Shown: in pieces, positions 9,208 through 17,858 of the stretch
Layout: each line of letters begins with the position of its first letter
Numbering within the stretch: position 1 is the stretch's first letter
From: Dehalococcoidia bacterium
GTDB taxonomy: Bacteria; Chloroflexota; Dehalococcoidia; Lucifugimonadales; Lucifugimonadaceae
NCBI GenBank assembly: GCA_965200065.1
Contig: CBDATF010000001.1
Coordinates: 986,012 to 1,050,011 of the forward strand
Length of the DNA: 64,000 nt
Reading direction: 5' to 3'
The notes under the pieces: generated by a model
The model's input: the letters and a program-made list of their open reading frames with translations, nothing else
Database searches by the model: none
Told to the model about the DNA's origin: nothing
Program-made: the position numbers and the translations under genes

Positions 9208-10329
9208 TTAACTCATCAAATCGGCGGCACGTTCAATGTCGACCTTGTCATCGACGAAGTAGCGCACGCGCGTCTTTTTGTATTCACGATGGCTGTACAA
9301 CAGCTGGTAATCGGTAAGTTCAGTCTCAGCCGCGATCTTCGTTGCTATCTCCTCGCAAGTGTCGCGCGTGACGGCGTGGATCATAGTGAAGTGCGAGAAG
9401 CGCCAATCGTCGTAGCGCGGACGCTCGTAGCAGTGCGTCACTGCCGGATGCTTCGCCATTATCATGCCGACATCTACGGAGCGTTCTTCGGGAACGTTCC
9501 ATACGACCATTGCGTTGGCGGAGAAACCGGCACGGCGATGGTGCAGCACGGCCGCATACCGTCGCATCAGCCGTCGCTCAACCATCTCGTCAGACTTAGC
9601 GAATAGATCGGACACGCTGAATCCCAGACGTTCTGCCATGCCGTCGAACGGGTACGAGACTAACGGCAAGTCTTCCTGTAACTCGCGCACGAATGCGATG
9701 TCAAAATCTGTCAGACTGGTGTCTGCAGTAGGCACCGCGGCCGCTTCCTGTCCATTTGACTTTCCATTCGAAAACTGTGAATCGGGCACGAAGTAGTTTT
9801 TCGCGTCTGAGACATTCTTGACCATGTCGAAGTTGACGCCGATTTTGAAGAAGCGGATGGTTGGCAGCAACCTTGCTGTTTCAGCACCGGAGAGACGGGT
9901 CAGGTTATCGACTTCGGTTTTAATGTCTCTGCCCGGCGGCAACGCAAGAGTGAACCACAGGTTGAACTTGCCATTGCGGGCGTAGTTATGGCTGATGCCA
10001 GGATGGGCATTCAATATCTGAGCGCCGCGATCGAGTGCATCGTCAGCAAACCGCATCGCAACGAGAGTGGTCGTGTAACCCAACCGTCGCGTATCGAATA
10101 TCGCACCGATCTGACGGACGACGTTCTTGCGTTTCAGCTCCTTAACTCGCTCAAGCACTTCATTTTCTGAAATGCCGCATCGTTCGCCGATGTTTTTGAA
10201 CGGCTGTCTGACCAGTGGGAAGTCCGACTGCAAGATGTTCATCAGCTCGCGGTCGATAGTGTCAAATTCGTCGTGATTCAAGTTTGGGTTGGTCTGTGAT
10301 GTCGAGTGGATACCGAATACATGGGGCAA
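9208..10329 (-). CDS. Siroheme decarboxylase-like protein, fused two-module AsnC/Lrp-like (AhbA/AhbB or NirDL type)
   Basis: 373 aa with two repeats of the same architecture (ILQSDFPLVRQPFKNIGERCGISENEVLERVKEL... and VRELQEDLPLVSYPFDGMAERLGFSVSDLF...). This pattern characterises NirD/L/G/H and AhbA/B proteins. Confidence 0.7.
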   Translation of the reverse strand: MPHVFGIHSTSQTNPNLNHDEFDTIDRELMNILQSDFPLVRQPFKNIGERCGISENEVLERVKELKRKNVVRQIGAIFDTRRLGYTTTLVAMRFADDALDRGAQILNAHPGISHNYARNGKFNLWFTLALPPGRDIKTEVDNLTRLSGAETARLLPTIRFFKIGVNFDMVKNVSDAKNYFVPDSQFSNGKSNGQEAAAVPTADTSLTDFDIAFVRELQEDLPLVSYPFDGMAERLGFSVSDLFAKSDEMVERRLMRRYAAVLHHRRAGFSANAMVVWNVPEERSVDVGMIMAKHPAVTHCYERPRYDDWRFSHFTMIHAVTRDTCEEIATKIAAETELTDYQLLYSHREYKKTRVRYFVDDKVDIERAADLMS

Positions 10330-10399
10330 AACTCGATTATAAATCTAGCCCTCGAATCTCGCCGTGATATGCATCTTGAGCATATATGAAGCGAACTCA

Positions 10400-11764
10400 T
10401 CAACTGTCAGCCATCCATTTCAGGGCATGATCTGCCGCTCGGTTGCCGCTCTGAACCGCACCCTCCATAGTGGCAGGCAGGTTCGTATTGGTCCAATCAC
10501 CAGCGATGAAGAGTCCTGGCACTTCACTTTCAGCGTCGAGACGATGCTTGTGGACGCCAGGATCTACTCTGATGGTGGCTTCACGCGTCTTGACTACCGA
10601 TGAGTTTACGACCGGGATGTCTGCCGCGCGCGGAAATGCCTCATTCATCTTCGCCTTGACGATTTCCAGTATCTCACTTTTGCCCACTGGGAACCAGTCA
10701 TCCGCGCCGCTGAGTGATACCACGATGTGATGGGAACCGTTGGTATGAATCCCGCGGATCGCTGAGTCGTTGAATACCCATTGCATGCCGTTATCGAGAA
10801 ACGCCATTACGCGTTCGTCCATCACTGGACGCGCATACCAGAGGTGAACCGCCACGATAGGCGAATATTCGATGGCATTGAGCGACTCTCTGATCGTCTC
10901 AAAGCGCAGATCTGTCTCTGGCAACGCACGGTACAGCATATTGGGTGGCAAGGCCGATATGACCGATCGGGACGCGATGGTTTGTCCTGATGACAGGTTG
11001 ACGTGTAAGTTACCGCTCGCATCTGGCGCTAACGACTCTACTCGGGTACTGAGCAGCAACTCACCCCCAAGCGATCGGATGAACTCTACCGCAGGACTTC
11101 CAAACAGCGAGGTTAATCCGACGGCAGGGTATCCAATTGCCGCATCGCTAGAGCGTCCCAGCAGTGCGGCATGGGTGAATACGACGGCGTCGTAGGCGGT
11201 GACTTCGTCGATGCTGAGATTGAAGACGGGCAGAATGAAGAGCGACCAGAAGCGATCGATGATGGTGCGCGATTGTCCCTGAGATACCAGCCAGTCGGAA
11301 AAGGTGACGGAACGGAGCGACTGCATCGCCGGGTCGTCGAAGTTAGTGAATTTAATCCTGATGAGACATCGCGCCAGCGAGATACGTTCGCCAAAGCTTA
11401 AATGCCCATATCTCATTAACGCGGCGGCATTTCCCAGAATTCGATGCGCGCGCAGATGTTCAGTCTTACTTCCCAGCACGACCGGCGCATTGAGAACCGG
11501 GTCGATGTGTATCAGTTGTCGCGTGCCGACGTCATCGAGCAGTTGGAGGAACTCGATGCAGGCCCCGAGTATCACATGCTGACCGTTATCGATCTCCTCG
11601 CCGCTCGCGCGATCGGTAAACGAGAAGGCCCTGCCACCAAGGAATGGCCGACGTTCAATCAGGGTTGTGTTTGCACCACTCTTAAGCGCGCGAATCGCCG
11701 CGGCAATTCCCGCCAAGCCGCCGCCGATGACTGTGACACCCCTTTCGTCCATCTCGGACCTCAA
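10400..11764 (-). CDS. hpnE: Hydroxysqualene dehydroxylase (FAD amine-oxidase / phytoene-desaturase fold)
   Basis: 454 aa with the dinucleotide-binding N-terminus VTVIGGGLAGIAAAI...IERRPFLGGRA. Lies immediately downstream of two squalene-synthase-family genes. Confidence 0.8.
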   Translation of the reverse strand: MRSEMDERGVTVIGGGLAGIAAAIRALKSGANTTLIERRPFLGGRAFSFTDRASGEEIDNGQHVILGACIEFLQLLDDVGTRQLIHIDPVLNAPVVLGSKTEHLRAHRILGNAAALMRYGHLSFGERISLARCLIRIKFTNFDDPAMQSLRSVTFSDWLVSQGQSRTIIDRFWSLFILPVFNLSIDEVTAYDAVVFTHAALLGRSSDAAIGYPAVGLTSLFGSPAVEFIRSLGGELLLSTRVESLAPDASGNLHVNLSSGQTIASRSVISALPPNMLYRALPETDLRFETIRESLNAIEYSPIVAVHLWYARPVMDERVMAFLDNGMQWVFNDSAIRGIHTNGSHHIVVSLSGADDWFPVGKSEILEIVKAKMNEAFPRAADIPVVNSSVVKTREATIRVDPGVHKHRLDAESEVPGLFIAGDWTNTNLPATMEGAVQSGNRAADHALKWMADS

Positions 11765-11769
11765 AGACT

Positions 11770-12651
11770 TCAGCGCGTGACTGATCCGAGCAGCGATTTA
11801 CCACTCGACATCGCGGCGATCGTGATCTTCTCAGTCTTTGACAGACTTACTCGGCTTGAGAGCACATCGCCTTGTCGTTTTTGGATTTTTACCAGCAGAC
11901 GTGAATAGAACCCGTTGGCGAGCTCTACTGGAAGGCGGCCGCGTTTGAGCAACGGCAGTACCTGAGTGCCACTGTCGTAGAACCTTTGCGCACGTTCGAT
12001 CTGAAATCTCATCATCTCTCGGAACTGATCGCTAGGAGCAGTGCCCCCAAGCTCTGTGTCATCAACTTCAAATTGCCGCAATTCATCCTGCGGCAGATAG
12101 ATCCGGCCGTTGTTGAAGTCTTCCTTAACGTCCCTCAGGATGTTCGTCAACTGGAACGCTACGCCCAGTTCGTCAGCAAAGGCGATGGCATCGGGCGACT
12201 TGGTGCCGAAGATGCTTACGGTGATGATGCCGACTGCGCTGGCGACCTTGTAGCAGTAGACGCGCAGATCATCGAAAGTCTCGTAGCGGCTCGTAGAGAG
12301 GTCCATCTCGCACCCATCGATGATGTCGATGTAGTGTCGCTGGTCAAGCTCGAAGCCTTCGATGGTATGTCGCACGGCGATGAAGACGGGATGATCGGAG
12401 TAGGGCGTTTCAGCCGCGCCATCGAGCGCCAGTCGCGCCTTGACTAGCTCCTCTGCCGGGTCTACGCCCGGTTCAGGCTCATCAACGATGTCATCGCAAA
12501 GTCGGCAAAACGCATAGGTCGCATATATCGCCTTGCGCAGATCTGGAGGCAACGTCAAAATGCCGATCATGAAGTTCGTGCCAGAAGCACGCGTCAACCG
12601 CGCACACTCCTCATACGCGCTCTCAATCTCGTTGTTGTTCGGGGACGGCAT
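11770..12651 (-). CDS. hpnD: Presqualene diphosphate synthase (squalene/phytoene synthase family)
   Basis: 293 aa with Asp-rich motifs YAFCRLCDDIVDE and NILRDVKEDFNNGRIYLP; YCYKVASAVG is typical of HpnD/CrtB-like members. Confidence 0.8.
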   Translation of the reverse strand: MPSPNNNEIESAYEECARLTRASGTNFMIGILTLPPDLRKAIYATYAFCRLCDDIVDEPEPGVDPAEELVKARLALDGAAETPYSDHPVFIAVRHTIEGFELDQRHYIDIIDGCEMDLSTSRYETFDDLRVYCYKVASAVGIITVSIFGTKSPDAIAFADELGVAFQLTNILRDVKEDFNNGRIYLPQDELRQFEVDDTELGGTAPSDQFREMMRFQIERAQRFYDSGTQVLPLLKRGRLPVELANGFYSRLLVKIQKRQGDVLSSRVSLSKTEKITIAAMSSGKSLLGSVTR

Positions 12652-12670
12652 GATGATTGGCTGATAGATT

Positions 12671-13594
12671 TCAACGATCTGATGGCGGGAGAAACGCCTT
12701 CGGATGGATCGGCGTCATCCCCAACTTGCTGCGAAGGTATATCTTCGTCATTATCCCTATCTTCTGGAAGCGAGAGACTGTAGGGCGGTCTCTCAAGGTG
12801 TCGTAGTCCTGCCCTTCGATCGCGTTGAGCACCGCGAGACCGCCGGCGGTGATGGCGGAGAACTCCAGTTTGAAACCAGCGTCGAGATGTTGATGCAGTG
12901 CATAGCCTTGACGGAACAGGTCGCGAGTGCGATCGACCTGGAACTTCATCAGGTCTTGATAGCCAGGGTTTGCCACTCGGGTCTGGATGTCGGTGACGTT
13001 TACACCGAATCTATCCATATCCGATTGGGGAATGTAGCATCTCCCCATATCATCGTCACGCGCGACATCCTGCCAGAAATTGGCGAGCTGCAGCGCGATG
13101 CAGGTGTGGTCCGAAAGTTCAGCGAGACGCTCCGAGTAGTATCCGTAGAGATACAGCACGAGGTGTCCCACTGGCGTAGCTGAATAGGTGCAGTATTCGA
13201 TCAGTTCGTCGTAGTTCTGATACTCAGTAACGCGCTGGTCGCGACGATTAGCTTCGATCAAGCGCAAGAATGGCTCGGCGGGGATGTCGAATTCGCGGAT
13301 TGTTTGCTGCAACGCTCGGAACCAGATGACATTAGGTGTGCCGTCGTAGCAAAGGTTCAGTTCCGTTTCCCACTGATCAAGCTGCTCCAATCGGTCGCCC
13401 TCAACCTCATCGCCCAGATCATCGACCAGCCGACAGAAGGCGTAGACCGAGTAGAAGTGCGGTCTCAGCTTACGTTTAATCAGCCGACTTCCGACGTTGA
13501 AGTTTTCGTAGCTGCTCTTTGCCAGCTCTTCGCACGCTTGAAAGGCGTCCGAGATGTCCTGGCTCGAATCAAGTTGTCGGGTATGTGGTTGCAT
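12671..13594 (-). CDS. hpnC: Hydroxysqualene synthase (squalene synthase family)
   Basis: 307 aa with YAFCRLVDDLGDE, YCTYSATPVGHLVL and NFWQDVARDDDMGRCYIP, which are HpnC-like signatures. Confidence 0.8.
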   Translation of the reverse strand: MQPHTRQLDSSQDISDAFQACEELAKSSYENFNVGSRLIKRKLRPHFYSVYAFCRLVDDLGDEVEGDRLEQLDQWETELNLCYDGTPNVIWFRALQQTIREFDIPAEPFLRLIEANRRDQRVTEYQNYDELIEYCTYSATPVGHLVLYLYGYYSERLAELSDHTCIALQLANFWQDVARDDDMGRCYIPQSDMDRFGVNVTDIQTRVANPGYQDLMKFQVDRTRDLFRQGYALHQHLDAGFKLEFSAITAGGLAVLNAIEGQDYDTLRDRPTVSRFQKIGIMTKIYLRSKLGMTPIHPKAFLPPSDR

Positions 13595-13627
13595 GCGGCT
13601 GAAGATAGAACGTGATGATGTAGATAT

Positions 13628-14701
13628 CTACGACTCTCGTGCGATCAAGAACTCCCCTAGTTGAAGCAGTTCATCGCTGATGGCATTTTCGAGGGACAAC
13701 TTGTGAATCTCTTCTGCCGCCGCGGACCAGTGTCGGTTGCTTATCGAGTCGCAAAACTCGTATGTTTGCGCCGTAGCCATAATGTCCAGCACATCTTCGA
13801 CGTCGCTATAGTCCAACTCGGGTTTACGATAGATTTCTTGTATCCGACGATTGTCGTTGCCCTTTGAATAGGTGAGCGCATGGATCGCTGGCAGCGCCTT
13901 TTTCTTGTTCAGGATGTCGCCTCCGACCGGTTTGCCAGTATCGTCACTACCCCATACGCCCAACATGTCGTCTCGGATCTGAAACACCCGGCCAAGTTCG
14001 TAACCGATCTTGCGGAGTCCAGCCGTCAGAGATGCGTTCTGCGATGAGTTGTCGACGATCATTGCACCAGCACAGAGCGCGGCCTCGATTAGCGCGCCAG
14101 TCTTGCGCTCGATCATAGTCAGATACTCATCAACCGTGACGTCGTTGCGAGTCTCGAACTCGATATCCATGTACTGGCCTTCGATCAGGCTCAAGCAGGT
14201 ATCGGCGATCAGCCGTTGGATCATGAATGATCTTTCCGCACTCACACCGTTGTGTTTCAACGCGTATGGCGCCCGGTCCGCCATCTTGAGCATCGAGTTG
14301 CCAGCGATCAATGCTAGTGCTTCGCCCCAGATCACCCATACGGTCGGTCGGTGATGTCGAAAACGGTCGCGATCCTCAACATCATCATGGATCAGAGAGA
14401 AGTTGTGGATGTACTCGAGTGCAACCGCGATCGGGAGTGCCAGCTTCGGATCGCCGCCGGCCGCGTCGGTGCCCAGGAGCACGAGGGCTGGGCGCAAACG
14501 CTTCCCTTGCGGAGCCTCAATCGCCGTGCCCGATTCATCCGACCAACCCATGTGATAGCGATGCGTCAGGCACAGCTCAGCAGGGTACTGCAGCAGCTCA
14601 GCGCGTAGAGCCTGGTCGATTATCGGCAAATACCTGCCGATAAACGCTGGAGACCTTGGCTTTTCTACCTCAGTGGCGGTATCGCTCATTTGTGAGTTCA
14701 T
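13628..14701 (-). CDS. Polyprenyl (farnesyl/geranylgeranyl) diphosphate synthase
   Basis: 357 aa. First Asp-rich motif LIHDDVEDRD. Second motif FQIRDDMLGVWG, the DDxxG variant I recall as common in actinobacterial-type synthases. Confidence 0.85.
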   Translation of the reverse strand: MNSQMSDTATEVEKPRSPAFIGRYLPIIDQALRAELLQYPAELCLTHRYHMGWSDESGTAIEAPQGKRLRPALVLLGTDAAGGDPKLALPIAVALEYIHNFSLIHDDVEDRDRFRHHRPTVWVIWGEALALIAGNSMLKMADRAPYALKHNGVSAERSFMIQRLIADTCLSLIEGQYMDIEFETRNDVTVDEYLTMIERKTGALIEAALCAGAMIVDNSSQNASLTAGLRKIGYELGRVFQIRDDMLGVWGSDDTGKPVGGDILNKKKALPAIHALTYSKGNDNRRIQEIYRKPELDYSDVEDVLDIMATAQTYEFCDSISNRHWSAAAEEIHKLSLENAISDELLQLGEFLIARES

Positions 14702-14748
14702 GATTACGATGTTACGCGTCTTTCGACGACAACATCAACGTACGGCAA

Positions 14749-14777
14749 GACGCCCTGCCTTTTGAAAGCAGGGCGTC
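14749..14777 (-). terminator. Hairpin downstream of hsp20
   Basis: Perfect 10-bp stem, GACGCCCTGC (14749-14758) with GCAGGGCGTC (14768-14777), and a 9-nt loop. It lies 31 nt after the hsp20 stop. Weak U-tract. Confidence 0.45.
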
Positions 14778-14807
14778 ATAACGATGTGGCTGATTATTGC
14801 AGCCGGT

Positions 14808-15233
14808 TTATGAACCTATCTGAAGCCGCTTCGGGTGATCGGTCTCGCTCTTCGGAAGTCGGATCTTGAGCACACCGTTCTCGTAAGTCGAGGTTGCACC
14901 GTCAACGTCGATTCCCTTGGGAAGCTTGATTGCGCGGTAGAACTTGCCGAATGCGCGCTCGCGGACGAGGTATTTGCCCTCTTCCTGCGACTCTTCGGTG
15001 GAGGTAGTAGCAGAGATCTGCAATGTTCCATCGCCGACAGTCACTTCGATCTCTTCGGCGGTGAAGCCGGGCAGAGAGGCCTCAACGGTATAGGCATCTG
15101 CAGAGTGAAAGACGTCGATGCTCAGCCGTGTGCGGGAAGCCGCGTTACGATGTGCCCGTAGATACGGAGAGGTGAGCCATAGGTGCGATCCCGCGGTGCG
15201 GGGAAGTTTCTGCCAAAATTTAATGTCAGACAT
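14808..15233 (-). CDS. Hsp20 / alpha-crystallin small heat-shock protein
   Basis: 141 aa with an alpha-crystallin domain (DAYTVEASLPGFTAEEIEVTV...RERAFGKFYRAIKLP...ENGVLKIRLPK). RBS AAGGAG is the complement of 15243-15248. Confidence 0.9.
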   Translation of the reverse strand: MSDIKFWQKLPRTAGSHLWLTSPYLRAHRNAASRTRLSIDVFHSADAYTVEASLPGFTAEEIEVTVGDGTLQISATTSTEESQEEGKYLVRERAFGKFYRAIKLPKGIDVDGATSTYENGVLKIRLPKSETDHPKRLQIGS

Positions 15234-15263
15234 TCGGTTTGTCTCCTTGTGTTGATTGTGCTT

Positions 15264-15277
15264 GTGCTACGTAGCAC
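15264..15277. promoter_or_regulatory. Perfect 14-bp palindrome GTGCTACGTAGCAC in the hsp20 leader (candidate heat-shock operator)
   Basis: Read directly from the sequence. It lies 12 nt downstream of the predicted -10 and contains a TAGCACT half-site like the CIRCE arm. Confidence 0.35.
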
Positions 15278-15289
15278 TTACATGTTGTC

Positions 15290-15318
15290 ATGATAAAAAT
15301 AGATACGACTCGTGTCAA
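15290..15318 (-). promoter_or_regulatory. Predicted sigma70-type promoter of hsp20
   Basis: The minus strand reads TTGACA (complement of 15313-15318), a 17-nt spacer, then TATCAT (complement of 15290-15295). Confidence 0.5.
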
Positions 15319-15377
15319 TAAATATGTGTAATGAATTACAATAGTTGATATGAAACACATCATCCAAGCGACCAAGC

Positions 15378-15396
15378 AGTGCTGAACCTAGCACTC
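15378..15396. promoter_or_regulatory. Inverted repeat AGTGCT-N6-AGCACT in the clp leader (candidate heat-shock operator)
   Basis: AGTGCT at 15378-15383 and AGCACT at 15390-15395. TAGCACTC (15389-15396) matches 8 of 9 nt of the CIRCE arm TTAGCACTC. It lies 28-46 nt upstream of the clp ATG. Confidence 0.35.
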
Positions 15397-15423
15397 GATG
15401 GATGATTAGAAATAAGGTAAAGC

Positions 15424-17796
15424 ATGACGATATCACCTGAAAATCTCACTCACGGCGCCCGCGCCGCAATCGACGCCGCGGTCCAGATCATGATGCAACG
15501 CAAGAATGTGCAACTCGATGTTGAGCACATACTCTTCGCAATGACATATGACAGCGACGGCCCGGTCAACAAAATCCTGGAAATCCTGGAAGTCGATACC
15601 GAAGCGTTTCGCTCCGATCTCTTTCATCTCATTGAGATCAAACCTTCTGGCATCGGACGTCCGCGAGGGCAGCAACGTCAAATCTACTTGACGCCAAGAT
15701 CGCAGAATGCCATCAGCAAGGCGCAGAGTATCCAGCGCAAGACTTTCAGGGATGACCTGCTAAGCGTGGACCACCTCCTGATAGCCATTGTTGAAGAGGC
15801 GGATGGCGAACTGGCAAAAGTGCTGGTGAAACATGGCATTACATCTGATCGTGTATACGTCGCCGATCATCAGGTGCGCGGCGCGGCGCGCGTCACCACT
15901 CCCGACGCGGAAGAGGCTTACGGCGTCCTCAGCAAGTACACCACCGATCTGACGCGGCTGGCCGCGGCTGGCCGACTGGACCCGATAGTGGGACGTGACT
16001 CCGAGATTCGGCGGGTGATGCAGACGCTTACTCGGCGCAGCAAGAATAACCCGGTGCTTATCGGGGATGCGGGAGTCGGCAAGACGGCGATTGTCGAAGG
16101 GCTGGCACAGATGCTGCAGTCTGGCACAGTTCCTACGGCATTGGCGGGCAAGCGCGTGCTGGCATTGAGCATCGGCTCGCTGTTGGCGGGCACCAAGTTC
16201 CGAGGCGAATTCGAAGAGCGTTTGAAGTCGGTCATTGAAGAAGCGCAAGGTTCGGCCGGCGAGATCATCCTGTTCGTCGATGAACTGCACTCCATGGTAG
16301 GTGCCGGCGCGGGTGGCGATGGCGCTTTGGATGCCGCCAATATGATGAAGCCGGCACTCGCACGCGGAGACCTGCAGGTAGTAGGCGCTACGACCCCGGA
16401 GGAGTACCGTCGCTTCATCGAGAAAGACTCGGCACTTGAACGTCGCTTCACCCCGATATGGGTGGAAGAGCCAGATGAAGCTTCGGCTGTCGAGATGTTG
16501 AAGTCGCTTCGCAAGAATTACGAAGAACATCACGGCGTGACGCTTACCGATGGTGCGCTGTCTGCCGCGGCGAAGTTGAGCGATCGCTACATCACAGATC
16601 GTCAGTTGCCGGACAAGGCGGTCGATCTGATTGATGGAGCGGCCGCAAAGGCGCGGATCGAAAAGTCGCCCACGGTCGCGGTGAACCCTTCCGATGACGA
16701 AACTGAAGCACCGCCTCTCGTGATTGGCGAGGAGGATATCGCAGCGCTGATATCGGAACGCATCGGAGTTCCTCTCGAGCAGTTAGTTGAAGCCGAAGTG
16801 GATAAGTTGCTCAAACTTGAAGATCGGCTGCATGAGCGCGTGATCGGTCAGAACCGCGCCGTGGGACTCTTGGCCGACTCAGTACGACGTGGGCGGATGG
16901 GACTGAAAGATGCGACCCGACCGACCGGAGTGTTTCTGTTCATGGGACCCACTGGTGTCGGCAAGACGGAACTGGCTAAAGCCTTAGCAGAGTTCATGTT
17001 TGACGACCTGAACCACATGATTCGTCTCGACATGTCGGAGTACGAGGAGCGTCACTCCATCTCACGCATGATCGGCTCTCCACCCGGGTACGTCGGATAC
17101 GAGGATGCCGGGCAGTTGACCGAAGCCGTCAGAAGGCGTCCCTACTCAGTGATACTGCTGGACGAGATCGAGAAGGCGCATCCCAACATCTACGACAGCA
17201 TGTTGCAGATCTTCGATGATGGCAGGTTGACGGATGGGCACGGTCGGACGGTCGATTTCAGCAACACCATCATCATCATGACCAGCAACCTCGGCACGTC
17301 GGATCAAAACAAGGGCGATCTTGGATTCTCGCTGGGCAACTCGGAACTTGACAGTAGCAACTTCGATTCTCCCGGCTTGACGAGTCGACACCAATCGGCG
17401 ATCAGGTCCCGCTTCTCGCCTGAATTCATCAACCGCATCGACGAGATAGTGGTATTCGACCCGCTCCAGCGCGATGAAATCGATCAGATAGTGCTGAAGT
17501 TCATCCGCCAGGTTGAGGAGCGATTGGATGACCGCAACTTGAAGATCGAGTTGACGGACGCGGCGGCCAGTTGGATAGCAAACCGCGGCTACGATACCTG
17601 GATGGGCGCGCGTCCGATGACGCGGGCCATTCAGCGCCACATCGAGTCGCCGCTTGCGCTGTCGCTGCTGAAGGGCGAGATCGAAGAAGGCTCAACGATA
17701 GTAGTCGATGTTGAAGATGACAAAATCGTCTTCGAGACGGCACCGGATATCTCGGAATTAGTATCCGAGCATCAGACTGCCGTTGCAGTGAACTAA
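15424..17796 (+). CDS. Clp/Hsp100 AAA+ ATPase, two nucleotide-binding domains (ClpA/ClpC-like)
   Basis: 790 aa. Clp_N repeats at the N-terminus. NBD1 Walker A GDAGVGKT and Walker [12 protein letters not shown]2 GPTGVGKT and [11 protein letters not shown]. Candidate ClpP-docking loop KGDLGFSLG. Confidence 0.9.
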   Translation: MTISPENLTHGARAAIDAAVQIMMQRKNVQLDVEHILFAMTYDSDGPVNKILEILEVDTEAFRSDLFHLIEIKPSGIGRPRGQQRQIYLTPRSQNAISKAQSIQRKTFRDDLLSVDHLLIAIVEEADGELAKVLVKHGITSDRVYVADHQVRGAARVTTPDAEEAYGVLSKYTTDLTRLAAAGRLDPIVGRDSEIRRVMQTLTRRSKNNPVLIGDAGVGKTAIVEGLAQMLQSGTVPTALAGKRVLALSIGSLLAGTKFRGEFEERLKSVIEEAQGSAGEIILFVDELHSMVGAGAGGDGALDAANMMKPALARGDLQVVGATTPEEYRRFIEKDSALERRFTPIWVEEPDEASAVEMLKSLRKNYEEHHGVTLTDGALSAAAKLSDRYITDRQLPDKAVDLIDGAAAKARIEKSPTVAVNPSDDETEAPPLVIGEEDIAALISERIGVPLEQLVEAEVDKLLKLEDRLHERVIGQNRAVGLLADSVRRGRMGLKDATRPTGVFLFMGPTGVGKTELAKALAEFMFDDLNHMIRLDMSEYEERHSISRMIGSPPGYVGYEDAGQLTEAVRRRPYSVILLDEIEKAHPNIYDSMLQIFDDGRLTDGHGRTVDFSNTIIIMTSNLGTSDQNKGDLGFSLGNSELDSSNFDSPGLTSRHQSAIRSRFSPEFINRIDEIVVFDPLQRDEIDQIVLKFIRQVEERLDDRNLKIELTDAAASWIANRGYDTWMGARPMTRAIQRHIESPLALSLLKGEIEEGSTIVVDVEDDKIVFETAPDISELVSEHQTAVAVN

Positions 17797-17858
17797 GTCG
17801 CTGACGGGAATAGAATCAGGGCAGAACCACCTTACAAGCGCGCCGGAGCAGCACGACG

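Noticed and set aside
13628-14701. Apparent defect in the second Asp-rich motif of the prenyl synthase (DDMLG instead of DDxxD).
   Set aside because: As far as I recall, the FQxRDDxLGxxG variant is common in actinobacterial-type polyprenyl synthases, so it is not evidence of inactivation.
15760-16533. 257-aa and 198-aa minus-strand ORFs inside the clp gene. Similar long antisense ORFs lie inside sufC (25618-26253), sufD (27186-27800), the LLM gene (48128-48934), nnr/acpS (57458-58327), the E2 gene (62205-62858) and the pcm/gatB region.
   Set aside because: All lie antisense to genes with strong family signatures, lack recognisable motifs, and are typical of long open antisense frames in moderately GC-rich DNA.
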